64,000 bases of DNA from contig CAWCNY010000001.1 of the NCBI GenBank assembly GCA_963797095.1, forward strand, positions 527,924 through 591,923. The letters run 5' to 3'. This DNA is from an uncultured Chloroflexia bacterium. GTDB lineage: Bacteria > Chloroflexota > Chloroflexia > QHBQ01 > JADMIH01. The notes beneath the pieces were generated by a model. It had not been told where the DNA came from. It was given only the letters and a program-made list of their open reading frames with translations, and searched no databases. A program made the translations under genes and the position numbers. Shown one piece after another: positions 49,231-59,864 of this stretch (position 1 is its first letter; each line of letters opens with the position of its first letter).

Positions 49231-50460
49231 ATGAGAGTCCAACGCAACCCGGATATCCTATCCAGCGAGGTTTGTGTCCAGCTTCTTGACGATGCTGACC
49301 AACCTGTACCTTCTGTTTGCCATTTCCTTCACCATCTTCAGGCTCGTGGCTACTCGCCCAATACCCTGGCAGCCTATGCTTACGATCTTCTCCACTTCAT
49401 GCGCTTCCTCCAGCACGAAAAGCTGGCACCACAGCAGTTCACCCCCACCAAGGCGCTGGACTTGCTCGAATATCTACGCGCCATTACCAGCCACCGCCCG
49501 GCACAACGTCTCGGTCTCGCCCTTTGTAGCCTGGACGCAGACAATCGGCCCGCAAGACGCCTCTCCCCAGCGACCGTCAATCGCATACTGGCCGCTGTTT
49601 CCTCTTTTTATGAGTATCTCATCCTGGCCGGTCAGCTAGACCAGGATGAGAATCCCATGCAGAAGCAAGCCGATCCGGAACGAGCCCGGGTATCTGCCTC
49701 TGAGCGACACCAGCCTTTCATGGGTTATGCCAGCCGCCAAAGGCCCATCCGCCGGGTCATACGTGTCAAGACCGTACTGCGTGTTCCCCGCCCATTGTCC
49801 GATGAGCAAGTTGCCGCTCTTTTGGCTTCATTCCATCGCTGGCGAGACAAAGCCATCTTCCTGCTCATGCTGCAGGGTGGTTTGCGCCCGGGCGAAGTGC
49901 TCAATCTCCATCTGGAAGACATCCAGTATGGCCGCCGCCGGATCCTTGTTGCTTACCGAACCGATCACCCAAGGGGAGTGCGCACCAAATCGCGTACGGA
50001 GCGCCTGGTCGACCTGCATGAGCCGGAAGCTCTCCAGGCACTCAGCAACTACGTCATGCAGGAACGACCAACCGATGCCAAGACCACCCTGGTATTCCTG
50101 GTTGGTGGCAAGGGCAAGAACTGCACCTCACCCTTGAGCTACTCGGCTCTAGTCAAGGCGTTCCAGCGGCACTGTGACCGCCTGCAAATCCGGCAGTCCT
50201 GGCTAACCCCGCATGCGCTGCGGCATACACATGCAACTCGCATGTGGGAAGGTGGGATGCGCGAGCTAGCGTTGCAGAAGCGGCTGGGTCATGCATCTGC
50301 GGACTCCACCCGCCTTTACACACGAGTTTCGGATCCGATAGTGACTGCGGAATATCTGAAGGCACTCGGTTCCAATCATACTGAGCCTACCGAGCAGCAG
50401 GAACTGGCACATGGGAAAGAACCGGGGAAAGAGCCGAGGACGGAGCAGGAAATGCAATGA
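49231..50460 (+). CDS. Tyrosine recombinase (Tn554 TnpA-like)
   Basis: [31 protein letters not shown]; probable ATG 49231. Confidence 0.9.
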   Translation: MRVQRNPDILSSEVCVQLLDDADQPVPSVCHFLHHLQARGYSPNTLAAYAYDLLHFMRFLQHEKLAPQQFTPTKALDLLEYLRAITSHRPAQRLGLALCSLDADNRPARRLSPATVNRILAAVSSFYEYLILAGQLDQDENPMQKQADPERARVSASERHQPFMGYASRQRPIRRVIRVKTVLRVPRPLSDEQVAALLASFHRWRDKAIFLLMLQGGLRPGEVLNLHLEDIQYGRRRILVAYRTDHPRGVRTKSRTERLVDLHEPEALQALSNYVMQERPTDAKTTLVFLVGGKGKNCTSPLSYSALVKAFQRHCDRLQIRQSWLTPHALRHTHATRMWEGGMRELALQKRLGHASADSTRLYTRVSDPIVTAEYLKALGSNHTEPTEQQELAHGKEPGKEPRTEQEMQ

Positions 50461-52541
50461 ACGCGCTGCATCTGATTGAATTCGACGATCAACCGCGACC
50501 AGGGGACGTATCAGGGGACGCATCAGCCGCCCATGTATACCATCCACATCATGCTTCAGAAGAAGAGTACGCCCAATTCATCGGTAGCTACCGTTATACG
50601 CTGCGCTCATGCCACTACTATCTGCTGGAGCGCGCCCGGTTTGTGCGAGCCTACCCCAATCTGCACAACTGGTTTAGCGCACCCCTACCCGAGCGGGTAG
50701 GGCGCCTGTACGGTGAGGGCTTTCACACGCCCAGCAGCCGGGTCAACTACAAAGCCCGACCCTATCTGTACTTTCTGGCCTTCCGTGGCTACGCGAGCTT
50801 CGATTGGGAATGGCTGCTTGCGGTGCCCAGGCTGGATCCGTGGAACCTGTTTGAGCATGGAAGGCTCGACCTGGGCATACCTGAACTGGTTTCAGAAGGG
50901 GTACGACAAGGCTACCGTCAGGCTCATGCTCAGCACGCCTTGCGCTGGACGATTGGGCGGATGTACATGCACAATCCCAGTGCTGGAAAGGCCGGCATCA
51001 CCGGCACAGCCCTGGCCGAGTTGGAAACAGCAATGCGCAGCTTCGGGCAACGCGCAGACGTAGGCCTGTATTTTGGTAGCGACAAACGTTACCGAGCAGC
51101 AGTCAAGAACTACCACTCACACCTGCACATGGTACACGTGGCTTTGTACCACCACGGGCTGGCCGACACCGAACCTCGTCGTGTCATGCCACCATACGTG
51201 GTACGATCCTTCAACAGGCCGCGCATGGAGGCAGTAGCGCAGCGCTACCTGGCAGTGCGCCGTCTGACAGATCGGCCCACGACATTGGAGCGAATCGATT
51301 CGACGCTGCGGGAACTGATTGGCTGGGTAGTACAAGCTTACCCGCAGATCGAGTCGTTTGGAGAACTGACCAGAGCGCATATCCTGCAGTTTTTGGACGT
51401 CCTGAACGCGCGTATCGCTCCCCGCACAGGGCTACCTTTGGCTCCATCCAGCAAACTGCGGCGCATGTCCTGCCTCTCCGTCTTTTTCCGAGAGGTGGCG
51501 AAGTGGGAATGGGAAGACGTACCGGTGCGCCCACTTCTGGGTATTGGTGATCTGCCCAAGGTGCCGCAACGGGTGCCTCGCTATATCCCGGAAGATGAGT
51601 TAGCGCGATTGATGGAGGCCATCAGAGCCCTGGACTGTCCTTACCAACGGGCAGCCTTGCTCATTGCTCGCTGGAGTGGAGCACGACGCAACGAGATCCG
51701 CCGCCTGGAGGTGAATTGTCTGGATCAATATCCCGACTCTGATCGCACGCCACGTTTGCATATCCCGGCTGGTAAAACCAAACAGGAGCGCCTGGTGCCG
51801 CTGAACGAGGAAGCAGCTGCGGCAATTCGGCTGATTCAGGCAGAGCGGCAAGGGGACAGGGGTTTGCTTGATGATGTGACCGGGAAGCTGACCCATTACC
51901 TGTTCATGCGGCATGGAAAGGTGCTGGGCTGTAACTACCTGTTTGATGCAGCCTTGACCAAAGCCTGCCAGTCAGCAGGACTGGTAACGCCTGATGGGAA
52001 GCGAACAGTCACACCGCACCGCTTCCGGCACACAGTGGGTACTCAACTTGCTGAGCGGGGAGCCAAACTCCACACGATCATGAAGATCCTTGGGCACAGC
52101 AGTGCGACTATGTCGTTGGTGTATGCCCATATCAGTGATCAAACCGTGCTCAAGGATTACCAGGCGGTTTTGGGCCCTGGGGCGTCAATCGTCGGACCTT
52201 TTGCCAGGACGTTGCGAGAAGGTGGTCTATCAGCGGACGATATCGACTGGTTACAGACGAACTTCTTCAAGACTGAGTTGGAGTTGGGACACTGTCTGCG
52301 CCTGCCGCAGGAAGGGCCTTGCGAGTGCGAGCTGTATCTGACCTGTGCCAAGTTCGTCACAACGAGAGAATACGCTCCCCGACTACGTCGTAGGCGTCGC
52401 CTTGAGTTGGAGTTAGTAGCAGATGCACAAGCTCGGGGTTGGCTGCGGGAAGTGGAACGCCACCAATGTACGGTCCGGCGTATCGAGCAATACCTGCATG
52501 ACTTGGGAGAACTTGTGGAGGGTTCTGAAGCGCAGGACTGA
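50457..52541 (+). CDS. Large tyrosine recombinase (Tn554 TnpB-like) with Cys-rich C-terminus
   Basis: GARRNE, GKT, HRFRH, LGH, VYA; GHCLRLPQEGPCECELYLTCAKF. Confidence 0.9.
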   Translation: MNALHLIEFDDQPRPGDVSGDASAAHVYHPHHASEEEYAQFIGSYRYTLRSCHYYLLERARFVRAYPNLHNWFSAPLPERVGRLYGEGFHTPSSRVNYKARPYLYFLAFRGYASFDWEWLLAVPRLDPWNLFEHGRLDLGIPELVSEGVRQGYRQAHAQHALRWTIGRMYMHNPSAGKAGITGTALAELETAMRSFGQRADVGLYFGSDKRYRAAVKNYHSHLHMVHVALYHHGLADTEPRRVMPPYVVRSFNRPRMEAVAQRYLAVRRLTDRPTTLERIDSTLRELIGWVVQAYPQIESFGELTRAHILQFLDVLNARIAPRTGLPLAPSSKLRRMSCLSVFFREVAKWEWEDVPVRPLLGIGDLPKVPQRVPRYIPEDELARLMEAIRALDCPYQRAALLIARWSGARRNEIRRLEVNCLDQYPDSDRTPRLHIPAGKTKQERLVPLNEEAAAAIRLIQAERQGDRGLLDDVTGKLTHYLFMRHGKVLGCNYLFDAALTKACQSAGLVTPDGKRTVTPHRFRHTVGTQLAERGAKLHTIMKILGHSSATMSLVYAHISDQTVLKDYQAVLGPGASIVGPFARTLREGGLSADDIDWLQTNFFKTELELGHCLRLPQEGPCECELYLTCAKFVTTREYAPRLRRRRRLELELVADAQARGWLREVERHQCTVRRIEQYLHDLGELVEGSEAQD

Positions 52542-52672
52542 AACACGATCCAGATGCTGTGGGGTGAGGGGTGAGGAGGGCTCGTCCTTTTCTTTACTAC
52601 ATACCACATAGCGGCTACATCGTGGGCGCTCCACAGTCATTTTACGAGCGCTCGATTGGAAAGGTAATTGAA

Positions 52673-52972
52673 ATGGTCTGGTTTCTTGGAGTTGTGATAA
52701 TCTACCTATTGCTTGATGTTCTCTTGATCGCGGTTGGTCTGGTCATCGGCTTTGTCCTCCATTGGCTGGTGCCGGAGATCGATATGGGGATAGGCACCCT
52801 AATCGGCATAGTCTCGACTGGTTTGGTCATCTATTTCCTTGGGCGGGTCACATCGTCCCTGGACGAGGAGACTGCTGACACCGATAGTGGAACGGGACCC
52901 CAAAAGGAGGACCATGTCTATCCCTATGCGATGCTGCCACTACCACGTCGCAGGAGCCGGAGGCGGAGGTAG
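52673..52972 (+). CDS. Small membrane protein (passenger)
   Basis: Two hydrophobic segments and an Arg-rich tail; probable ATG 52673. Confidence 0.55.
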   Translation: MVWFLGVVIIYLLLDVLLIAVGLVIGFVLHWLVPEIDMGIGTLIGIVSTGLVIYFLGRVTSSLDEETADTDSGTGPQKEDHVYPYAMLPLPRRRSRRRR

Positions 52973-53728
52973 CTCGGATGGGATCGTCATGGGATACTCA
53001 TCTACCCGTAGTGCTTGATTTCCGATCGGCGGGGCCAAAATTGTCCACATAAAGTCGGAGGTAGCGTTTGCCTTCTGCAAGCTCTTGAATTTCGACCTGT
53101 TGCCCAGGCTCAAGGCTATTCACGCGCAGAAACTCTACCGCCCAGACATCGGAAAACCTGACGCATACCCAAATCTGCAGTTGATCCTCACCAGACCTAT
53201 TCAGTGGGACCTGATCCGTCAGCAGTACGATCAAATGATGAAGTACGCAACTGCTTTGCGTCTGGGAACCGCCGAAACGGAGGCAATTCTGCGACGCTTC
53301 ACTCGCAACAACCTGCAACACCCGACCTATCAAGCACTAGCCGAACTGGGAAAGGCCATAAAGACTATCTTCCTTTGTCGCTACCTACGTTCAGAAGCAC
53401 TGCGGCGGGAAATCCACGAGGGATTGAACGTTATCGAGAATTGGAATTCAGCAAACGGCTTCATCTTTTATGGGCGAGGTGGAGAGTTAGCCAGCAACAG
53501 CCGGGACGACCAGGAACTCGGTCTGCTTGCACTGCACCTGGTGCAGAATTGCCTGGTCTACATTAACACACTGATGTTGCAGGAGGTGCTTGGCGAGGAG
53601 GGTTGGCTTGAGCGAATGAAGCCGGAAGACCTGCGAGCACTCACTCCTCTGATCTACAGCCATATCAACCCATATGGTCTGTTCCGCTTGAACATGGAGG
53701 AGCGATTGCCCTTGATGGAGGCTGTTGT

Positions 53729-54514
53729 ATGAGCAGATTGGAGAATGACGTAAACAAAGAACTTACAGCAAGCAAAGAAACCGAAGGAACAGCAACGAAG
53801 ACATCGGTACGAACCTCCCGAACACCGGCGCGCAAGAAGGCAAAGGAGTTAGCAAAGTATCTGCGGGGAGAGCGGCCTGACTACATATATATGAAGGAGT
53901 TGTTCCGACATCTGCGAACGGAACTGGAGATTAAGGTTCCTCGTCAGCAGCAGAAACTGCCCTACGTACCAACAGAGGAGGAAATACAGCGCTACTACCG
54001 AGTGGTGTGGGAGAGCAAGAATCTGCAGGACGTAATATTGATCAAGCTGTTATTGGTCACAGGAGTACGTGTCGGCGAGTTGGTGAAGATTCAGCTTGCC
54101 GATATAGACCTTGGGCAGTGCCAAATCAGCATCAACGGTGGCAAGGGGGGCAAAGACCGGCGGGTGCCATTCCCGGCGACGTTCAAAGAGGCGTTGGGGT
54201 TGCACATACAGACGATGCGCCACAAAGATGCCAGTTACCTCTTTGAGTTGAGTTGGAAGAAGCCTTACAGTGAGCGTGGTGTGCGTAAGATCCTGGCACG
54301 CTACAGCCAGGCGGCAGGGTTCGCCCAGGCGATATCACCCCACAAATTGCGCCACTTCCTACTGACCTGGTTGAAGAAACAAGGGATCGATGATGCTGCA
54401 ATCCAGCCATACTCCGGGCATGCGAGCCGCCAGTCACTAGAAATCTATTCTCGACTGGCAATGAGCGATGCACAGCGGGAATACAATGAGGTGATCGGGA
54501 GATTTCCGATCTGA
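53729..54514 (+). CDS. Tyrosine recombinase, probable cointegrate resolvase (TnpI-like)
   Basis: GVRVGE, GKGGKDR, HKLRH, SGH, IYS; ATGA overlap with the tnpA stop. Confidence 0.85.
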   Translation: MSRLENDVNKELTASKETEGTATKTSVRTSRTPARKKAKELAKYLRGERPDYIYMKELFRHLRTELEIKVPRQQQKLPYVPTEEEIQRYYRVVWESKNLQDVILIKLLLVTGVRVGELVKIQLADIDLGQCQISINGGKGGKDRRVPFPATFKEALGLHIQTMRHKDASYLFELSWKKPYSERGVRKILARYSQAAGFAQAISPHKLRHFLLTWLKKQGIDDAAIQPYSGHASRQSLEIYSRLAMSDAQREYNEVIGRFPI

Positions 54515-54668
54515 TAATTCTTAGCGCTGACTGGTTATTTTGAGGCCTGTAAAGGCACAGGGTTCCTCGCCGCACTATAGACTCACCCGTATAGCCTGCT
54601 AGTCTGTTGTGTGATTTTCCCCCACGTCAATAGCCTTGTTACCTACTAGAAGTTATCCGCTCTGAGTG

Positions 54669-55505
54669 CTATGGCGAGACCCATTGTAGAGTAGCTAGAT
54701 CAAACACAAACACAAAGTTGGGAATAGGGGTTACATCAATATCGGGTGGTTGAACTGATTGGGATTGCACTAGGTAAACTCTGGTGCCATCAACTGCGGC
54801 TATCTCCACGCTCCCCTGTCTTGATGGTGTCAGGTAAGTTCCGATCAAGTCAAACCTGTTGTCAGTGCCCATTTCATAAACTGTAATCAACCCTTGTCCC
54901 TCATCAGATAGATACCCAAATCGTCCTGCCCAAATACTGTAAAGATGCCCGTTCATTATCAATTGCCAGCAACTTGCATACTGGTTTTCATATGAGTTTG
55001 CCGCGCCACCACAAAATGGCGTCCAGCCAATGATCTCTGTAGCAGTGGGTGCTGGGGTGGAAGTTGCTGTGGGAGAGCCGGGAGTGTTGGAAGGTGTCAA
55101 ATCGAGAATAGCCCATCTGGTAGCTTGGTTCTGTGCCACACGTGTATCAAACGCAGACTTGCTATCTCCGGGAACATATGTAGGTTTAGGTACGAAGGTT
55201 CTTGTTCTTGGCACCCAGGTGGGAGCTTGAGTTCCGGGTATTAGAGTACGTTCCATTGTAGCCACAGGCGGGCTTGTTTCCGTTACTTGCGGCGTTAGCT
55301 GGGCAGTTGCTGAAGAACCTGCTGTCGAACTGGCGATAGTGGTCACAGTAGCAATAGCAGTCGCAACCTGAGGTACTGAACCTTCATCAGTGGACTTAAT
55401 AGTCCCGCAGGCCACTAATAGGAGGCCGAGCATAATCAGGGACGATGTTGCAAGAACTTGAACAAATGCACGAGATTTGCTTTGCTGCTTTTGGTGCTGG
55501 CTCAT
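54669..55505 (-). CDS. Putative lipoprotein, Thr/Pro-rich
   Basis: Lipobox LLVAC; P/T linker; C-terminal globular domain. Confidence 0.7.
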   Translation of the reverse strand: MSQHQKQQSKSRAFVQVLATSSLIMLGLLLVACGTIKSTDEGSVPQVATAIATVTTIASSTAGSSATAQLTPQVTETSPPVATMERTLIPGTQAPTWVPRTRTFVPKPTYVPGDSKSAFDTRVAQNQATRWAILDLTPSNTPGSPTATSTPAPTATEIIGWTPFCGGAANSYENQYASCWQLIMNGHLYSIWAGRFGYLSDEGQGLITVYEMGTDNRFDLIGTYLTPSRQGSVEIAAVDGTRVYLVQSQSVQPPDIDVTPIPNFVFVFDLATLQWVSP

Positions 55506-55562
55506 ATAGTGATCCTCTTATTCATGAACATGGCGATTGGTTATAGAGTATCAAATTCTAAG

Positions 55563-58500
55563 TCATTGTTGAGCACTGAGGTCGATATAGGTTGGCCAAT
55601 CAGGATACAGGCCAGTTACGGGATCGGAATTGAGTTCCAACCAAAGAATAGACCATGCTTGGCGATATTCTAGTCCACGACCACCATCAGGGAAATTAGA
55701 TTGGCAGATGGGGAAACCAGCGTTACATTCGCTCATCACGCCTTTAAATTGCATAGGTGCTTTGTCTGGGTAACGTTCCATACCCCAACGTTTCACGATA
55801 TACCAATCCCTAGCCCAGCCTGAGTTATATATCTCAGGAGCGGGTCGGGCTGCTTCTATACCCCACGTAACGTTATAATCTCTATCTTGATCCCAAGAGT
55901 CACCGCGGCATGGACGGGGCGGTGGGAAACCGGGATAACCCGAAGGTCTGCAAGGATAGCCATCAAGACTGCCAAAATTGAATACAGGACTAACGCTAGC
56001 GTCACTGTAAGCTTGCATCCATATTTCTGTGTCCGATAATCCTGTTCCAAAATTGCCTGGGTCGAAGTTAGGTTCCGCATCGATTCCTGCTGAAACAAAT
56101 ATTTCTGGATAACCCTTTGCATAGTCTTGGAGATTGCTCACCATCTGTGCCCAAGCAGCGGCGTGGCCGGCATTGAGTGCCGGACTTCCGCTAACATTAG
56201 CCATATTATCATTGTTAATAGAGACCGCTATGTGAAGTTGAGTAAGACCTGTTAGTTCGCACTCAACATATCCATCCATAAAGCTCTCTACTGCCGCCAT
56301 TATGTCAGTTATGCGGGCCTTACGCGCTGAGACAGGTAGTGGATGACAGAGATCAGTTATCAGAAACGTACCCCAGTCATGTGAGGTCGGTGCTGGCCAA
56401 TCCTTTGGTTGACCGTAATCTAGTATCACCAAACCGTTGGGGTTGTTGCTAGGATCCTGATTGGCGGCTGCGCACCCTTGTTGGTGATGTATGGCCTTGT
56501 TTGTTGTTTGCTCGTAATAACTCCTTGTGCGGACAGGTGCTGTAGGAGGCGTGATGTGCTCTATCAGGGTTTGCGATGGGCTAAGACCGCTATTTATGTA
56601 GCTACCCACCGCCCAATTGCTGCTGATTATTTTGCCAGCACTCGATAGTGACGTTGCTCCCGTAATCGCCAGAAGCTGGCTACCCACACCAGGCGATATG
56701 CTGTCTATCTGGTCCCACGATTGACCATTCCAGTGCAAGATAAGCGTCTTCTGGCCCAGGGTGACCGAATCCTGCGGTGCCTTCAATGGGCTATTATCAT
56801 AAGCGCCCACAGCCCATACATCTCCCGGAAACGTTACATACACCTTGTACAAGTAATTCCCCTCTTGGCTTGGGTTGGGGCTAGGGACAATGCGCCAGGT
56901 AGCGCCGTCCCAGTATTCGACTAGAGTGTGATAGTAATCATTGGCATAGTAAGAACCGACAACCCACACGCTGTCCGAACTGTAAGCATCAACGCTATTC
57001 AATGTAACGACGGATGCAGCTGTAGGGGTTGGGATAGCTACTGTGGTCCAACTACCAGTGTAGTGCATGGCTAATGGGTTTGTTCCCATATTACCAACAG
57101 CCCAAACATTGTTATGATCTATGGCTGCTACTCCGTTAAGTACACCTCCACTTGGAACGGGGGTACTTATGGACCATGATACGCCATCATAGTGCTCTAC
57201 ATTAGTTGCGCCAACGGCCCAGACGTCATATGCTGCAGGTGAGACTGTTGCATAAACAGCAACTGCCTTAGCTCCGTTGGGGGCTGGGGACGTCGCCCAG
57301 CTAGTGCCCTTCCAATGGATAACACCATTATCACTCACAGCCCACACATCATTGCTGGCGAGCGCTGCCACACCATTCAAGATGCCGATAGTGGGGACAG
57401 GACTCGATGTGGACCACATAGTGCCGTTCCAACGCTCCACAAGCGGTTGACCACCTTGAACTGTTATATCATACCCTCCAACGGCCCACACATCGTCATT
57501 GCTTGTGGCAACGATACCCCTTAATTCGTTTGAGCCGGTGCCAACGTTCACACCAAGCTGAGTACACCAAGCCGACCCTGCTACACATGTGATAGTCGGT
57601 ACGGGGGTTGTGGTGGGAGTGGCGATAGGTGTGGGAGTAGCTGTGGGTTGCCCGGCAGTGACCTCACCCTTGACACAAATTCCCGCCATGATAAGAGTCG
57701 TAATACCAGGGACATTGACCTCCACAGCACCAGTTGCGATGTTGAACCGATAAAGACTTCGGCTTTCAGAATCACCTGTCCAAAACGAGGCACCATTATT
57801 AACAGGATCAATGTTCAAGCCAAACCAAAAGTTCGCACCGCTTACATCGTATGTTTGCACGACTTGGCCGCTACCGTTCAGACGTAAGATGTCATCTCCA
57901 TCAGCGACAAGTAGACCGCCTGTTCCATCGCCTGGAGGCAATAGGCGGAACGCAAAAGCAGTACCAGTGCCGGGAAGTGTAGCAAAGTCCGATAATTGCT
58001 GGTTTGTAGCCAAGTCATAACGTTTGATATGCCTGCCTTCAGACGTATAGAACATTGTATGCTGGTCGCTGGACAGGTCAATCCAATCTGAGCCAGCACC
58101 TTCGCCAGCTACATCATAATTCTGTTGCCAAACTCCAGCCGCGTTATATTTCTGTATGTCTGCGTTGCCGAACGTAACTCCCACATAGAAATCGCCATTA
58201 CGAGCGAAGGCAATCAATTCGGGGTGGGAACCGCCATGAAGGGTTGGATCCATAGTCTGGAGAACATCGTGGGGATCGGCGCCATCCACTTTGAAGACGA
58301 TGCTGTTCTCCCATGCTGTTGTATATAGGTTCGCTTGTACATCGAAGGCACAACCAGTAGTTTCGCCACCCGTTGGCAAAAAAACTGAATCCTTGAGAGC
58401 TCCTGAGTGATCGTAGACGGCGTAAGTTCCAGCACTTATGGCTACGAAGACATCTCCCGTTACCCATGTAGACAACGGGCTAACTCGGCGGAAGGCGCTT

Positions 58501-58742
58501 GCGGAACTAGCAGCAGGATAGTAGCGTAATAAGACGCCGATTATCGCAACTCCTAACAAAAGCACGAAAATAGACCATCGTTGAAAATGAAGGCGCAATG
58601 GGGTCGTGAAAGGACTCTGACTAAGTGGGGTCTGTATTTTGGAAGATGTATTCGGAATACCATCACAACTGGCGGTGCCAGACTTCAATGTGCCTACATG
58701 TGTATGTGTGGAAGGCGAGAGCAAGCGAGACATAGAGGGCAC
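55563..58742 (-). CDS. Large secreted multi-domain protein (beta-propeller, PT linker, VWAVG repeats, C-terminal putative hydrolase-like domain)
   Basis: Hydrophobic N-terminal segment, propeller-like repeats, TPTPIATPT, about 6 copies of (D/N/S)VW(A/V)V(G/S)..W. Confidence 0.75.
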   Translation of the reverse strand: MPSMSRLLSPSTHTHVGTLKSGTASCDGIPNTSSKIQTPLSQSPFTTPLRLHFQRWSIFVLLLGVAIIGVLLRYYPAASSASAFRRVSPLSTWVTGDVFVAISAGTYAVYDHSGALKDSVFLPTGGETTGCAFDVQANLYTTAWENSIVFKVDGADPHDVLQTMDPTLHGGSHPELIAFARNGDFYVGVTFGNADIQKYNAAGVWQQNYDVAGEGAGSDWIDLSSDQHTMFYTSEGRHIKRYDLATNQQLSDFATLPGTGTAFAFRLLPPGDGTGGLLVADGDDILRLNGSGQVVQTYDVSGANFWFGLNIDPVNNGASFWTGDSESRSLYRFNIATGAVEVNVPGITTLIMAGICVKGEVTAGQPTATPTPIATPTTTPVPTITCVAGSAWCTQLGVNVGTGSNELRGIVATSNDDVWAVGGYDITVQGGQPLVERWNGTMWSTSSPVPTIGILNGVAALASNDVWAVSDNGVIHWKGTSWATSPAPNGAKAVAVYATVSPAAYDVWAVGATNVEHYDGVSWSISTPVPSGGVLNGVAAIDHNNVWAVGNMGTNPLAMHYTGSWTTVAIPTPTAASVVTLNSVDAYSSDSVWVVGSYYANDYYHTLVEYWDGATWRIVPSPNPSQEGNYLYKVYVTFPGDVWAVGAYDNSPLKAPQDSVTLGQKTLILHWNGQSWDQIDSISPGVGSQLLAITGATSLSSAGKIISSNWAVGSYINSGLSPSQTLIEHITPPTAPVRTRSYYEQTTNKAIHHQQGCAAANQDPSNNPNGLVILDYGQPKDWPAPTSHDWGTFLITDLCHPLPVSARKARITDIMAAVESFMDGYVECELTGLTQLHIAVSINNDNMANVSGSPALNAGHAAAWAQMVSNLQDYAKGYPEIFVSAGIDAEPNFDPGNFGTGLSDTEIWMQAYSDASVSPVFNFGSLDGYPCRPSGYPGFPPPRPCRGDSWDQDRDYNVTWGIEAARPAPEIYNSGWARDWYIVKRWGMERYPDKAPMQFKGVMSECNAGFPICQSNFPDGGRGLEYRQAWSILWLELNSDPVTGLYPDWPTYIDLSAQQ

Positions 58743-59188
58743 CTCTGGAGGGAGATCTCATAGTGAGCATAAATGGCCCTGAACACTATGATTGATCGCC
58801 AATATCGGATCGTCGTTCATGTCCATTGTACTTCAAAATGGCCGCAAAGGCAATAGATACCAAACCGCGGTTTACTCATCAATTACTTAGAATACCATTT
58901 GGACAAGTATTAGGACCAGTACTAGTATCTAATTCTTCCAACGAGTGGAGTTGCATCATAAGATCAATGGGTTAATAACTCCACGGATGCTAATTATCTG
59001 TACAGAGCAGGAAACGGTTCAGATGTGAAGCAGTGACAATGAAAGTCACAAACCGGGGACAGCTAGAGTTGCACTCAGTAACGCCCAAAGGCTCGCGCGG
59101 GGACAATTAAGGACTAACGTGACACTACGGCGCTAAAATGACAGGCCCACTACATTGCGTCAAAATGCAGTAATGTTGGGTTTACCCC

Positions 59189-59806
59189 GTGTAATGGGGA
59201 GCAGCCCGCACCAATACATCCTCACCGACAAGCACTGACAACTCCGGGTGCCAGTAACGCTCCGCGGCATACTTGATCCCGTCCTTATGCACCTTCCTGG
59301 TGGCCGGCTCCTTGAGCAACATGTCCAGCAAGCGCAGGAGGGGTTCATCAACAGGAATTGGGGTGGCATTGAGCTGCCAGAACTCAAGAGGTGTCTGACC
59401 GGTCTCGCTGTGGACCTCGTTGTGGTAGCGGTCAATGAACGCTCGGAAGCGCTCGTCGAGTTGGGAAATGGTAAGATCGGCTTTGGCCTTCGGGTTGCGC
59501 TCCACGACATTGGAGCCCACATAGCCCGGCAATGTGGACCAAAGCCTTGTGTCCAGGGTCCTGTGCAGCCGCTCGACGATACCCCGTATCTCCGGCTCGT
59601 GTGGAGGTCCAGGCACCAGCTTGATGCCCAACCCTTCCACCAGTTGATAGACGTGGCGAGCGACCAGGTCTTTGCCGTTGTCAATCCATATCTCGTCGGG
59701 AATACCCCCAATGGGCTTATGCTCACTCGCCTCGTTGGCCAGCCCTCCTAGCATGGCTTCCCGGATGGCAGCGGCCACCGTAAAGCGGTTGGGCTCGTCA
59801 TAGCTA
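59189..59806 (-). pseudogene. Mu/TnsB-type DDE transposase, central fragment
   Basis: PDEIWIDNGKD, GIVERLHRTL, YHNEVHSETG; cut at both ends by Tn3 IRs. Confidence 0.85.
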
Positions 59807-59864
59807 GGCCCAAACCCAACATTCGTAACACCAGGGGCAAAGTAGCCCAACCTCGTGGTTCAAG

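Larger units (their letters stand above)
49147..53052 (+). mobile_element. Two-tyrosine-recombinase transposon (Tn554/RIT-like), 3906 bp
   Basis: Perfect 12-bp IRs TTATGTGGACAA / TTGTCCACATAA; no duplication; extra 6 bp AGAGCG on the left versus native AGTCGG on the right. Confidence 0.88.
46812..53732 (+). pseudogene. tnpA: Tn3 transposase interrupted at ..DSHGQ|SEVAF.. by a tyrosine-recombinase element
   Basis: 46812-about 49142 and 53053-53732 join to give a full TnpA colinear with the intact paralogue at 59865-62936. Confidence 0.92.
46516..59188 (+). mobile_element. Tn3-family transposon (about 12.7 kb) with tyrosine-recombinase resolvase and cargo
   Basis: IRs GGGGTAAACCCAACAATGCTGCATTTTGACGCAATGTA (46516-46553) and reverse complement GGGGTAAACCCAACATTACTGCATTTTGACGCAATGTA (59151-59188), 36/38 identical; flanks TACCT vs GTGTA, so no duplication. 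Confidence 0.88.

Noticed and set aside
49143-49289. C-terminal tail of the 825-aa ORF and N-terminal extension of ORF 49111
   Set aside because: Read-through across the insertion junction, not genuine protein sequence.
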